Position numbers and translations under genes: made by a program. A DNA stretch of 64,000 nt from Candidatus Anstonellales archaeon (GTDB taxonomy: Archaea; Micrarchaeota; Micrarchaeia; Anstonellales; J096). Shown in pieces: positions 1 through 9,458 of this stretch (the stretch's first letter is position 1; each line of letters starts with the position of its first letter). The notes beneath the pieces are model-generated. The model made no database searches. It was given only the letters and a program-made list of their open reading frames with translations, and had not been told where the DNA came from. The stretch lies in contig JAWAFI010000003.1 of assembly GCA_038890615.1 (NCBI GenBank), positions 6,477 to 70,476 on the forward strand, read 5' to 3'.

Positions 1-2
1 CA

Positions 3-959
3 AGGGCACTGTCCAAGGAGAAGGTCAAGAAATTTGACTACCTGCTTGCCCTATCTTATTTTGAGCTCGGCAAGTTATCAGCCGCAAAAAGCATAATTGA
101 GGGCGCTTACGAAAATGATGATTCCAGCATATGCCTGCTAGGGGTTGACACGATACACTACATAGAGGAGCTTAAGCAGATGGAGGTCAAGCATGACAGC
201 GGGTATTTCGTGCTCATAGGGGACCCTGACCTTTATGACATATACAACATAGTGCTTAGAGTACCGTTTGAAAGGGCAGAATATGATTCGCTCAAGGCAA
301 AGTACAACACAACCAAGGAAGAGGAGCTTGTTGCCCACAAGCTGAATGAGCTCTACAACAAGATGTTCTCTGATATTGGGGATTCTTATGGGATAATGGA
401 AGACAACCAGAAGCTTGAAGGCATAATAGTCCTTTTTGTCAAGGGAGACAATACCAAGGCATGGGAATTGGTGAGGGATGCATGCTCTGGCGATAGCCTT
501 GATCTGGATAAGCTTCCGCCATACACAAGATCCCTCATCCAGAAGTTCAGGTCGCTTAAGGAAGAGAGCAAGGAAAGCGAGATAATACGCATTGAAAAGG
601 CAAGGATAAAAGCGCTATCAGACGCTGAAGAAATGGTTGAGCGTGGGGATATTGGGGAAGCGTTTGCAAAGCTTAAGGCAGTGGGCTTTGCATCCCTTAA
701 AGGCGGGGAATACTGGCTGTCGCAAGAATTCAAGGAAGCAGAGGTGATACAAAGGCTTTTCAATTCAAGCCCTGAAAAGGCAAGGCAGCTCCTAAAGGGT
801 GCGCTCATAAGGAAAAAAATAGTGCTTATGAAAAAGGTAGCAAAGATGCTTAAGCTCATCCACGGGAGTGATGCAAGGAGGAGATTTGATGATATGCGGG
901 AAGAAATAAGCGCTAGCGAAGCAGAGGTTGCTGCAATAATTTCAGAGGTCTTCACATGA
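3..959 (+). CDS. Hypothetical helical/TPR-like protein, 5'-truncated by the window edge
   Basis: The frame of ORF 180..959 is open back to position 3 (RALSKEKVKKFDYLLALSYFELGKLSAAKSIIE, a TPR-like pattern). The stop overlaps the next ATG (ATGA). Confidence 0.6.
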   Translation, partial: RALSKEKVKKFDYLLALSYFELGKLSAAKSIIEGAYENDDSSICLLGVDTIHYIEELKQMEVKHDSGYFVLIGDPDLYDIYNIVLRVPFERAEYDSLKAKYNTTKEEELVAHKLNELYNKMFSDIGDSYGIMEDNQKLEGIIVLFVKGDNTKAWELVRDACSGDSLDLDKLPPYTRSLIQKFRSLKEESKESEIIRIEKARIKALSDAEEMVERGDIGEAFAKLKAVGFASLKGGEYWLSQEFKEAEVIQRLFNSSPEKARQLLKGALIRKKIVLMKKVAKMLKLIHGSDARRRFDDMREEISASEAEVAAIISEVFT

Positions 960-1552
960 TTGGCAAGATGCTAAGGCAGAAGGTTACAGAGGCCCTTTTC
1001 TTCCCAGTAGCAAGGTTTTTCACCTTTCTTACCCCTAACCAAGTAACAGCTCTCACCTATCCTATTGTATTTATAGCCCTCTATTTCATAATTGCAAATG
1101 ATTTCCTGCTTGCTTTTGTTTTCATACTCCTAAGCTCATTTATTGACAATTTGGACGGTGCAGTTGCAAAACTTACAAAAAGGCAGAGCGCGGTTGGCTC
1201 TTTCTTTGATGCTTTTACTGACAGGATGCAGGAGCTAATAATACTTGCAGGATTTGCCTACATTGGCTATTCTTTTGAAGCCTTTCTTGCCATCTCTGGA
1301 AGCTTCCTTATATCTTATGCAAAGGCAAGGGCAGAGATGGTTAAGCCATTGGGCAATCCTGATTGGCCAAGCATAGGGGAAAGGGCAGAGAGGCTTTTGC
1401 TAGTTATGGCAGGCACTTTGACTGCTGCCTTCTACCCCCAGCTATGGGGCTATCAAACAATCTCTCTTATGCTTTATGCATTGGCCCTGACGACTTTTAT
1501 AGGGGCTTTTCAGAGATTCCTTTTTGCCCTAAAAATCCTTGGGCGCCCATAG
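956..1552 (+). CDS. CDP-alcohol phosphatidyltransferase (archaetidylinositol-phosphate synthase-like)
   Basis: TPNQVT and DNLDGAVAK...GSFFDAFTDR signature, SYAKARAE, RAER; several TM helices. Confidence 0.9.
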   Translation: MIGKMLRQKVTEALFFPVARFFTFLTPNQVTALTYPIVFIALYFIIANDFLLAFVFILLSSFIDNLDGAVAKLTKRQSAVGSFFDAFTDRMQELIILAGFAYIGYSFEAFLAISGSFLISYAKARAEMVKPLGNPDWPSIGERAERLLLVMAGTLTAAFYPQLWGYQTISLMLYALALTTFIGAFQRFLFALKILGRP

Positions 1553-2173
1553 CCCAAAGCACTTAAAAAGCTTAATGAAGTTTGCACTTCCCCTTACGAG
1601 AATTGGATTATGGGGGGTTCCGTATAGTCTTACTTTCTTTAGGGCTCTCATAAGCTTCTTAGGCTCAAGCTCATCCAAGTCAACTTCATTCCAAACCTTT
1701 CCAAACTCAAACTCATAGTGGGTATCTGAGCCAGCAACCCCTATCTTCTTTTTTTCCTTTGCGAATTCCTTTGCCTTTTCATTGTGCTCCTGCAGGCACC
1801 TTGCGTTAAGCGCTTCTATTAGGTCAGCATGCTGTGCTATTTCTCCTATTGCGCTCCTTGTGAAATCATACATATGAGGCGCTAGTGATATTCCTCCTTG
1901 CTCCTTTATTAGGTCAATGGCTTCAAAGAACTCTGTCTTCCTTGGTATCTCCTCGTTTATGAAGAGCCCTATCAAGTCGCCCCTATCTGTAGTTATCTCT
2001 TCCCCAGGTATGAATTCAAGGCCCAGCTTCCTCAACGGCTTGTGAGCTTTGATAGTATTGTGGTCTGTTATTGCAGGCACTATCCCTTTCTCCTTGGATA
2101 TCTTTGCTATCTTCTCATATGTTATAATCCCATCTCTGGAAGCATAAGTATGCACATGGAAGTCAATCTTCAT
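1529..2173 (-). CDS. PHP-domain metal-dependent phosphoesterase
   Basis: DFHVHT, ITDHN, GEEIT, APH and GSDTH motifs. Confidence 0.9.
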   Translation of the reverse strand: MKIDFHVHTYASRDGIITYEKIAKISKEKGIVPAITDHNTIKAHKPLRKLGLEFIPGEEITTDRGDLIGLFINEEIPRKTEFFEAIDLIKEQGGISLAPHMYDFTRSAIGEIAQHADLIEALNARCLQEHNEKAKEFAKEKKKIGVAGSDTHYEFEFGKVWNEVDLDELEPKKLMRALKKVRLYGTPHNPILVRGSANFIKLFKCFGLWAPKDF

Positions 2174-2203
2174 GCTTTTTAATCACCTCTTCTTATTAAA
2201 AGC

Positions 2204-2818
2204 ATGCGCTGCTGCATCTGCGGCTCTGAAAGCAGTGAAAAGCCGTTTGTTGGCCCTATATGCATAGACTGCTACAAGCCAAGGGTAAAAAAGGCGGAAG
2301 CACAGATGACTGCCTGCAGCACCTGCGGGAGGGTGAGGACAAAGGATGGATGGGTGGGGCTTTCAAAAGAGGAAATTGCTGAACTGCTCAAGAAAGCCAT
2401 AAAGGCTGAAGGCGAGGTTGTTTCATTGGACATTGAGGCAGGGGAGGCAGAGGTAGAGGTTGAAACAGATAGAGGGAAGGCAAGGAAAAAAATACCAGCA
2501 AGCATAAGCATCTCAAAAGGGCAGTGCGTATTCTGCACAAGGAAATCGTCTGGCTATTTCACATCAATAGTCCAGCTGAGGGGGCCGCCAAGCAAGGTTG
2601 AGAAGGCGAAGAGGGTATTTATACATAGTGCCAGGAAATACCTTGTCAAGGAAGAAGAGCAGAAAACAGGGGTTGACCTTTATTTCTCAGAAACAGAAAA
2701 GGTAAGGGAGATTATTAAGGAGCATGGCTACCCATTGGTATCAAGCCCTAAGTTGGCAGGCAGGAAGGCAGGCAAGGCCCTTTTCAGGATTACTTTTTTG
2801 GTTCGTCTTGGCGATTAA
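2204..2818 (+). CDS. NMD3-family ribosome biogenesis protein
   Basis: Four CxxC pairs, then GYFTSIVQLR, GVDLY, SPKLAG...LFRITFLVR. Confidence 0.85.
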   Translation: MRCCICGSESSEKPFVGPICIDCYKPRVKKAEAQMTACSTCGRVRTKDGWVGLSKEEIAELLKKAIKAEGEVVSLDIEAGEAEVEVETDRGKARKKIPASISISKGQCVFCTRKSSGYFTSIVQLRGPPSKVEKAKRVFIHSARKYLVKEEEQKTGVDLYFSETEKVREIIKEHGYPLVSSPKLAGRKAGKALFRITFLVRLGD

Positions 2819-2906
2819 GGATTTCAGTTGGTATAATTTAAAAGAAAATTTAAGGATGGTTAGGCAACAGTGGCTAAGCAAACTTTTTTATATATTTGCA
2901 GTGTAA

Positions 2907-4541
2907 ATGCCCTTGATGGAGACAAAGAGGCCAAATATTATAGACTCAAAGACATACTACCATATAGGCAACGAGTATTATGATAGAGGTGACTATGAGA
3001 AAGCCATAGAGAACTACAACATGGCAATATTGCTTAACCCGCTTTTCTCAGAAGCATACTTCAACAGGGCGCTTTCTTATTACCACTTAAAGAACTATGA
3101 CAAAGGCATAGCTGACTACGGGAAGTGCGCAGAGCTTGACCCAAAGAACCCAATAATATACAACAACAGGGGAGATGCATACTACAGGAAAGGAGACTAT
3201 GCTTCTGCCATAAAGGATTATGACAAGGCGATCTCCCTTAACCCGAATTACATGAAGGCTTTCTACAACAGGGGGCTTTCCTATGCTTCATTAGAGGATT
3301 ACGACAATGCAGTAAAGGATTTCGGAAGGGTAATAGAGCTTAAGCCTGACTTTGTTGAAGCGTACCATTTAAGAGGATTAGCCTATGAGTACGCTGGCGA
3401 TTTGGACAATGCCATTGCGCATTTTGAAAAGGCGCTTAGCCTAAACCCTGGGTTCACTGATGCAAAGATACACCTTGATGATGTAAAATCAAAGAAAGAG
3501 ACATCAGGAGGGGGGAAAGAAGGGACTGCTGACATAAAGCTTCTTCAAAAGCCAAAGCTAAAGTTCGAGGATGTGGCAGGAATGGAAAAGCTTAAAGAGG
3601 AAATAAGAGAAGCAATAGTATACCCCTTGCTAAAGCCAGAGCTTGCCACAAAGTACGGAAAAATGGCAGGAGGTGGAATCCTCATGTATGGGCCTCCTGG
3701 ATGCGGAAAAACTTATATAGTCAAGGCAGCAGCAGGGGAGTGCCAGGCTAATTTCATCAACGCAAAGCTTTCTGACTTGCTGGACATGTATGTTGGAAAT
3801 ACAGAGAAGAATATACACAAGGTTTTCGAGCTTGCTAGGAAGAACGCGCCGTGCATTATATTCTTTGACGAAGTTGATGCCATAGGAGGCAGAAGGGACC
3901 AGCAGGAAGGCCAGCAGTACATGAAAATGGCTGTAAACCAGTTGCTTTATGAAATGGACGGCATTGAAGCAAACAACCAGGCAGTGCTTGTTATCGCTGC
4001 AACTAACGCCCCTTGGGATGTTGACCCTGCGCTTAGGAGGAGCGGAAGGTTCAGCAAAACCCTTTATGTTCCTGAGCCTGACTTGAAGTCAAGGATGGAG
4101 ATAATAAAGCTCCATAGCAAGAAAAGGCCTTTGGCAGGGCCATTGCCGCTTTTCAAGCTTGGGCTTGCAACCTTAGGATACGCTGCTGCAGACCTGAAAG
4201 AAGTGGTAGAAGAGGCAGCTTCAATACCATGGAGGGAAGCTTTGAAAACAGGGAAAGAGAGGAAGGTAACTGCAGCAGACTATGTGGCTGCAGTAAGGAA
4301 AAAGAAGTCATCATTGCCTCCCTGGTTTGAACAAGCAAAGAAGCAAATAGGCAAGCAAGAAGAAGTGACTATAATAGATGGAAAGGAGCACAAGAAAGTA
4401 ACCGACAGCAAGATGGGGCCTGGCGAAAAGGAGGCATTCAAGGACCTTCTTAATGTCATCAACACAAGGAACCAGTGGTGGTGGAAAATAGCAGTAACTG
4501 TATTCAGGGAAATAGTGCTAATCCTTCCTATTCCATTCTAG
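2907..4541 (+). CDS. TPR-repeat + classical AAA ATPase fusion with hydrophobic C-terminal tail
   Basis: About 5 canonical TPRs (AYFNRALSYYHLKNYDKGIADY...). Walker A GPPGCGKT, pore loop MYVG, Walker B IIFFDE, SRH ATNAPWDVDPALRRSGRF. Confidence 0.9.
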   Translation: MPLMETKRPNIIDSKTYYHIGNEYYDRGDYEKAIENYNMAILLNPLFSEAYFNRALSYYHLKNYDKGIADYGKCAELDPKNPIIYNNRGDAYYRKGDYASAIKDYDKAISLNPNYMKAFYNRGLSYASLEDYDNAVKDFGRVIELKPDFVEAYHLRGLAYEYAGDLDNAIAHFEKALSLNPGFTDAKIHLDDVKSKKETSGGGKEGTADIKLLQKPKLKFEDVAGMEKLKEEIREAIVYPLLKPELATKYGKMAGGGILMYGPPGCGKTYIVKAAAGECQANFINAKLSDLLDMYVGNTEKNIHKVFELARKNAPCIIFFDEVDAIGGRRDQQEGQQYMKMAVNQLLYEMDGIEANNQAVLVIAATNAPWDVDPALRRSGRFSKTLYVPEPDLKSRMEIIKLHSKKRPLAGPLPLFKLGLATLGYAAADLKEVVEEAASIPWREALKTGKERKVTAADYVAAVRKKKSSLPPWFEQAKKQIGKQEEVTIIDGKEHKKVTDSKMGPGEKEAFKDLLNVINTRNQWWWKIAVTVFREIVLILPIPF

Positions 4542-4596
4542 ATGATGAGCACCGGATTGCCTGAGGCAACTATGATGATACCCTTGAGTGCTGAAG
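4541..4596 (+). ncRNA. C/D box guide sRNA
   Basis: C box ATGATGA (4542-4548), 12-nt guide, D' CTGA (4561-4564), C' ATGATGA (4572-4578), 12-nt guide, D CTGA (4591-4594). It fills the whole intergenic gap. Confidence 0.9.
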
Positions 4597-4597
4597 C

Positions 4598-6244
4598 ATG
4601 ATAAGGATAGCAGTTGTTGACAGAACTCTTTGCACTAGGGAAAGGTGTGGCTACCAATGCATGAAAGCATGCCCTATAAACAGGATGGGAAAGGCATGCA
4701 TAGAAAAAGATGAGAGCGGCTTTCCAACCATTAGCGAGAATCTCTGCATAGGCTGCGGAATATGCCCTAAAAAGTGCCCTGTGGACGCCATAACAATAAT
4801 AAACTTAGTGAATGAGGAAGGAGTGCCTGTTTACCAATACGGCCCAAATTCATTTAGGATCTATTCATTGCCACTGCCGAAGGAAGGAATTTGCTCATTT
4901 GTAGGGAGGAATGGGCTCGGCAAGACAACTGCACTAAAGCTCCTTACAGGGCAGCTTAAGGTGCAGAACCCTCCAAAGAAGGAGGTTGAATACTTCATTG
5001 AAAAAAGGGCAAAAAGCAGCATAAAGCCCCAGAACATTGAGGCAATGAGGGAGTATGACCTTACTGTAAGGCAGCTTCTCCAGGAATACTCAAAAGAGAT
5101 TGATGAAGTTGTAAGGAAGATGAAGCTTGAAGCGGTTTTGGACAGGAAGCTCAATGTGCTGAGCGGAGGCGAGCTTCAAAGGGCTGCAATAGCAACTGCA
5201 ATGCTAAATGAAAGCTCCATATATTATTTTGACGAGATAAGCAATTTCCAAGACATGGAGGAAAGGCTAAATAGCGCAATCCAGATAAGGGAATTTGCAG
5301 AGGGAAAAATGGTTGTGGCAGTAGAGCACGATTTGGCAGTTTTGGACTACCTTACTGATTATGTCTACATATTTTACGGAGAGCCAAAGGCTTATGCATT
5401 CGTTTCAGGGGCAAAAGGCAAGGGCGAGGGCATAAACCAGTACATGAATGGCTTTCTCAAGGAGGAGAACATAAAGTTTAGGGAGCCCCTTAACATAGAG
5501 CCGCCCCTTTCTGGCTCATTGGCAAGCAAGCAGAAGATAGCTGAATACCCTGATGGAAGATTAAATGCTGGTGAATTCTCCCTTACATGGAAGGGAGGTG
5601 CAATTATGGGAAGCGAAATAATAGGCATTGTGGGCAAAAACGGGCTTGGAAAGTCGCTTTTTGTGGACAACCTTGCCAAAACGCTTGACAAGAAGGTTGC
5701 TTACAAGAAGCAGTACCCAGACAGGTTTCCAGGCACTGTGAATGAGCTATTTAAGGGAAAGGATGAGAAGGAGGTTAATGCTGCCTTCAAGCTGCTTGGG
5801 CTTGAAAGGATAAGGGAGGCGGAGATTGCAAACCTCAGCGGAGGGGAGATGCAGCTGGTTGACATCGCAAGGGTAATGACTGATAAGGCAGACATATACA
5901 TACTTGACGAGCCAACTGCTTACCTTGACATAGAAAACCGGCTCACAGTCAGCAAGTCAATAAGGAGGATAGTTGAAAATTCGGAAAATAAGGCAGTGGT
6001 TGTGGTTGACCACGACATAGTTTTCCTAAACTCCATATCATCAAGGGCAATAAGGTTTTATGGAATTCCAGGGGAAGAAGGGCACTGCACTGCCCCTCAG
6101 GAGCCAAAAGAAGCGATAAATGATTTCCTAAAATCCATAAATGTTACTATAAGGAAGGATTTCGAGACAAAAAGGCCAAAGGTAAACAAGCCAGGAAGCA
6201 CAATTGACAAAAAGCAAAGGGAAGAAGGAAGGTACTTTGCTTAG
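4598..6244 (+). CDS. Ribosome recycling ATPase ABCE1/RLI1
   Basis: N-terminal 2x[4Fe-4S] Cys pattern (CIGCGICPKKCP) and two ABC domains (GRNGLGKT, LSGGELQR; GKNGLGKS, LSGGEMQ, LDEP). Confidence 0.95.
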   Translation: MIRIAVVDRTLCTRERCGYQCMKACPINRMGKACIEKDESGFPTISENLCIGCGICPKKCPVDAITIINLVNEEGVPVYQYGPNSFRIYSLPLPKEGICSFVGRNGLGKTTALKLLTGQLKVQNPPKKEVEYFIEKRAKSSIKPQNIEAMREYDLTVRQLLQEYSKEIDEVVRKMKLEAVLDRKLNVLSGGELQRAAIATAMLNESSIYYFDEISNFQDMEERLNSAIQIREFAEGKMVVAVEHDLAVLDYLTDYVYIFYGEPKAYAFVSGAKGKGEGINQYMNGFLKEENIKFREPLNIEPPLSGSLASKQKIAEYPDGRLNAGEFSLTWKGGAIMGSEIIGIVGKNGLGKSLFVDNLAKTLDKKVAYKKQYPDRFPGTVNELFKGKDEKEVNAAFKLLGLERIREAEIANLSGGEMQLVDIARVMTDKADIYILDEPTAYLDIENRLTVSKSIRRIVENSENKAVVVVDHDIVFLNSISSRAIRFYGIPGEEGHCTAPQEPKEAINDFLKSINVTIRKDFETKRPKVNKPGSTIDKKQREEGRYFA

Positions 6245-7188
6245 CCCTTCCTCTTTATGACCATTTCAGCAGCTTCTTTCATGTAATCCTTGTAGCCGCA
6301 ATTCATAAGGTCCACGCATTTCATTGCCTCATCTATTATCCGCTTCTCTGCTGAGATCGCATAATCAATGGAGCCGCTTTCATTAAGCAAACTTATGATG
6401 CTTTTTATGTCTTCTTGGGTTTTCTGCTTCTTTCGCATCATTTCCACAAGCTCAGCATGCCCATTGGATATCGCATGGATCAGCATGAGCGTCCTTTTCC
6501 CTTCTTGCAGATCCCCCCCTATCTCCTTCTTGTAGTCCTCAAATTCCCCAATAAGGTTTAGCACATCATCGTGGATTTGGAATGCAAGCCCAAGGTTCCT
6601 GCCGAATTTTGCTGCAAGCTCCGCCTCCTTTAGCGGCGCGTTTGCCACCAAGCATCCACATTCGCAGGAGGCCTCTATTAGCGCAGCTGTCTTGTTTCCA
6701 ATCATCTCCATATATTCCTGCTCAGTTACATCCCATCTGTCTTCTCCGATCCACCTAAGCTCATCATCCTGCCCTTTTGCAACGCTGAGAAAGGCATCAA
6801 AGAGCCTTTTTGCAATCCTTGGGTCCTTGCCTACCAGCTTCTGCCCCACTAGCGTGTAAAGCAGATCTCCGTAATTTATTGCCCTGCCTATTCCGTAAAT
6901 CCTGTGCACTGTCGGCTTGCCCCTCCTCATCTCTGAAGAATCCTCTATGTCATCATGGAGAAGCGTAAAGTTGTGGAACATCTCAAGCGCAGCAGCATAC
7001 TCAATAGATTCCTCTTCATCCCCCCCATATGCCTTCGTGAATAGGAAAAAAAGCGCAGGCCTGAACCTCTTGCCGCCCCTTGACAGGAATTCCCTTATTG
7101 GCTCGTACCTCTTTTCATTAGGCAAGCTCCTGTCTATCTCAGCATCAACCAGCTTTGCGCTATGCTCTAAAAATTCCTTAAAGGCCAT
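6241..7188 (-). CDS. Polyprenyl diphosphate synthase (GGPP synthase-like)
   Basis: GGKRFRP, LLHDDIEDSSEMRRG (FARM), KTA and FQIHDDVLN (SARM). Confidence 0.93.
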   Translation of the reverse strand: MAFKEFLEHSAKLVDAEIDRSLPNEKRYEPIREFLSRGGKRFRPALFFLFTKAYGGDEEESIEYAAALEMFHNFTLLHDDIEDSSEMRRGKPTVHRIYGIGRAINYGDLLYTLVGQKLVGKDPRIAKRLFDAFLSVAKGQDDELRWIGEDRWDVTEQEYMEMIGNKTAALIEASCECGCLVANAPLKEAELAAKFGRNLGLAFQIHDDVLNLIGEFEDYKKEIGGDLQEGKRTLMLIHAISNGHAELVEMMRKKQKTQEDIKSIISLLNESGSIDYAISAEKRIIDEAMKCVDLMNCGYKDYMKEAAEMVIKRKG

Positions 7189-7191
7189 AGG

Positions 7192-7461
7192 CTACTTTGT
7201 TTGAGAATACTTTAAACCCTTTCGGTGCCCGCATTTGTGGCAAACCAAAAATGGCTTTCCTTTTATAATTCTCACTTTTGCACTGTCAGTTAAGGAGAGG
7301 CACTTCTTGCAGAACTGCTTGCTTAATTCAGGAGGCAGCCTTACCCTGTGCTTTAGGCAAAGCTCCCACGCCAGCGACACATAGCGCTGTTCCATATCCC
7401 TTCTTTTCCTTGCCTCTGAAAGCAGCTTCCTTACCCTTTCAATTACAATCTCCCTTATCAA
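7192..7461 (-). CDS. rnp4: Ribonuclease P protein component 4 (Rpp21)
   Basis: IVIERVRKL..RYV.LA...KHRVRLP, FCKKC and CHKCG zinc ribbon. Confidence 0.85.
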   Translation of the reverse strand: MIREIVIERVRKLLSEARKRRDMEQRYVSLAWELCLKHRVRLPPELSKQFCKKCLSLTDSAKVRIIKGKPFLVCHKCGHRKGLKYSQTK

Positions 7462-8477
7462 TCAATCAGCCCTTTCCCTGACTTGAACTGCTCCACTTTT
7501 TTGATTGTTTTTGTGTAAAGCTTGTCAAAAGTAATAGCAAAACCTTTTGCTGTTTTTTCCCTGCTTTTCTCAACAACCTTTACTTCTTTTATATTCTTCC
7601 TTATCCTGTTCCACACTTCTTCTGAGCTTACCTCTATGCTAAAGGTTTCCTTTGCCGCCCCAGGGTTTTCAAGCACCTGCTTTATTCCAGAGAAGTAGCT
7701 TCTCGCCCCTTCGCTTAAGTATTTATCAGCATCAAGGCCCATCTCCTTGGCAAAAAGGTATGCCCTGCTAAGCTTCTGTATATAAAAGTTTTGGGGCATG
7801 TCAAAAAAGAGCTTTGCGCTTTTTGCTAGCTGAGATATAGAGGAGGATGCAGTAACATATTTTGCCCTATCTTCCCCTTTCATCACTATCCCTTCCTTCC
7901 CCATCCTGTCAAGCTTTATCATAAGCTTCTTCAAGCCTTCAATATTATTTGGGTTGAATTGGCCATAAATAGGCACGCTTTCAGCGCCGTATTTTTCAAC
8001 TACCTTAACCCTCTCCCCTGTTGGCATCATTTCTTTCCCTTTTGCTATGTCAAATATGCTGAAGTGGACCTCTTTTTTGGGTGAAGTTGTATGCGGGGTC
8101 CTTCCAGTGACTTCGCAGCAAACCATACCCTCCTTCTTGGCAATCTCCAAAATATTTTGACCCACCCTGTCATAGGCAAACCAATCTACGAAGCCACCTC
8201 TTGAAAGCGCAAGAAAATTGTTTTTTACCCAAACTATTCTTACGTTGTAGCCGTCTACCTTTTCCTCAACCCAAAAGGGCTTTTTGAAATAGCGCTTTAC
8301 GCCCTTTTCAAGGGCCATTATCCTCTTTATATGAGGGTAGGGCTCTATTACAATATCCTTTGCTATTACAGTGCCCCTTTCATATCCATGTATAGGCTTT
8401 TCCACACGAAAATGCTCCAGTGGCTCTTCCTCGTAAATTACCTTGCCTTCCTCCACAGCATCTTCGTACCAAGCCAT
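7458..8477 (-). CDS. ATP-dependent RNA ligase, Rnl3/Pab1020 family
   Basis: YPHIKR, EEKVDGYNVR (motif I), SRGG, FDI, EGIVMK, KYVT. Confidence 0.88.
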   Translation of the reverse strand: MAWYEDAVEEGKVIYEEEPLEHFRVEKPIHGYERGTVIAKDIVIEPYPHIKRIMALEKGVKRYFKKPFWVEEKVDGYNVRIVWVKNNFLALSRGGFVDWFAYDRVGQNILEIAKKEGMVCCEVTGRTPHTTSPKKEVHFSIFDIAKGKEMMPTGERVKVVEKYGAESVPIYGQFNPNNIEGLKKLMIKLDRMGKEGIVMKGEDRAKYVTASSSISQLAKSAKLFFDMPQNFYIQKLSRAYLFAKEMGLDADKYLSEGARSYFSGIKQVLENPGAAKETFSIEVSSEEVWNRIRKNIKEVKVVEKSREKTAKGFAITFDKLYTKTIKKVEQFKSGKGLID

Positions 8478-8543
8478 AATAGAGTAAGGGGTTGGATTAA
8501 AAAGCTAATTGCGATATGCTTAAAATCAGAAGCAGGAGGTATT

Positions 8544-9440
8544 ATGGTGCCAAAAGGAATATTAGACACAATAGGCAATACCCCTATGATAAAAATTGGG
8601 GAAATCTACGCAAAGCTTGAGGCAGCAAACCCTAGCGGAAGCATAAAGGACAGGATGGCTTGGCACATGGTAAAAAAAGCTGAAAAGCAGGGCAAGCTGA
8701 AAAAAGGAATGCATATAATAGAGGCAACAAGCGGCAATACAGGCATCTCTTTTGCAATGATATCCGCAGCAAGAGGCTATAAGTTCACTGCAGTCATGCC
8801 TGAATCAATGAGCATGGAAAGGACAAGGATGATGAAGGCATTTGGGGCAGATGTAATCCTCACCCCTGCAGAAGAGGATATGGCAGGGGCTGTAAAAAGG
8901 TGCTTGGAGATTGCAAAGAAGCTTAAGAATGTATGGCTGCCTTCCCAGTTTGAAAATCCTGACAACCCAGAATCATTTAGGTTGGGGCTTGGTAAGGAAA
9001 TACTTGCGCAAATGCCGAATATAGATGCATTTGTAGCAGGGGTTGGGACAGGAGGGACACTTATAGGGGCGGCGCAGGCGCTTAAGAAAAAGCGCCCGAG
9101 CGTAAGGATTATTGCAGTGGAGCCAAGGGAAAGCGCACTGCTTTCAGGGGGAAAGCCAGGCCTGCATGAAATAGAGGGCATAGGAGAAGGTTTCATTCCT
9201 GAAATTGTGAGCAAGAACATTGGGCTCATAGATGAGGTCATTAGGGTAAGCAGCAGGGAAGCAATAATAGAGAGAGATAGATTGGCAAAAGAGGAAGGCA
9301 TCTTTGTTGGCACTAGCTCTGGAGCAAATGTTTTAGCAGCCAAAAAGGTTGCTAAGAGATTAAGAAATGTTGTGACTGTGCTTCCTGACAGGGGAGAAAG
9401 GTATTTGAGCGTGATGCAGCAAAAGGTATTTAAACAATAG
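8544..9440 (+). CDS. cysK: Cysteine synthase (PLP-dependent)
   Basis: IGNTP, KLEAANPSGSIKDR, ATSGNTG, GVGTGGT, GTSSGAN, LPDRGERYLS. Start moved to ATG 8544, just after a GGAGG Shine-Dalgarno. Confidence 0.92.
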   Translation: MVPKGILDTIGNTPMIKIGEIYAKLEAANPSGSIKDRMAWHMVKKAEKQGKLKKGMHIIEATSGNTGISFAMISAARGYKFTAVMPESMSMERTRMMKAFGADVILTPAEEDMAGAVKRCLEIAKKLKNVWLPSQFENPDNPESFRLGLGKEILAQMPNIDAFVAGVGTGGTLIGAAQALKKKRPSVRIIAVEPRESALLSGGKPGLHEIEGIGEGFIPEIVSKNIGLIDEVIRVSSREAIIERDRLAKEEGIFVGTSSGANVLAAKKVAKRLRNVVTVLPDRGERYLSVMQQKVFKQ

Positions 9441-9458
9441 TGGAAGAGAATAATATGT

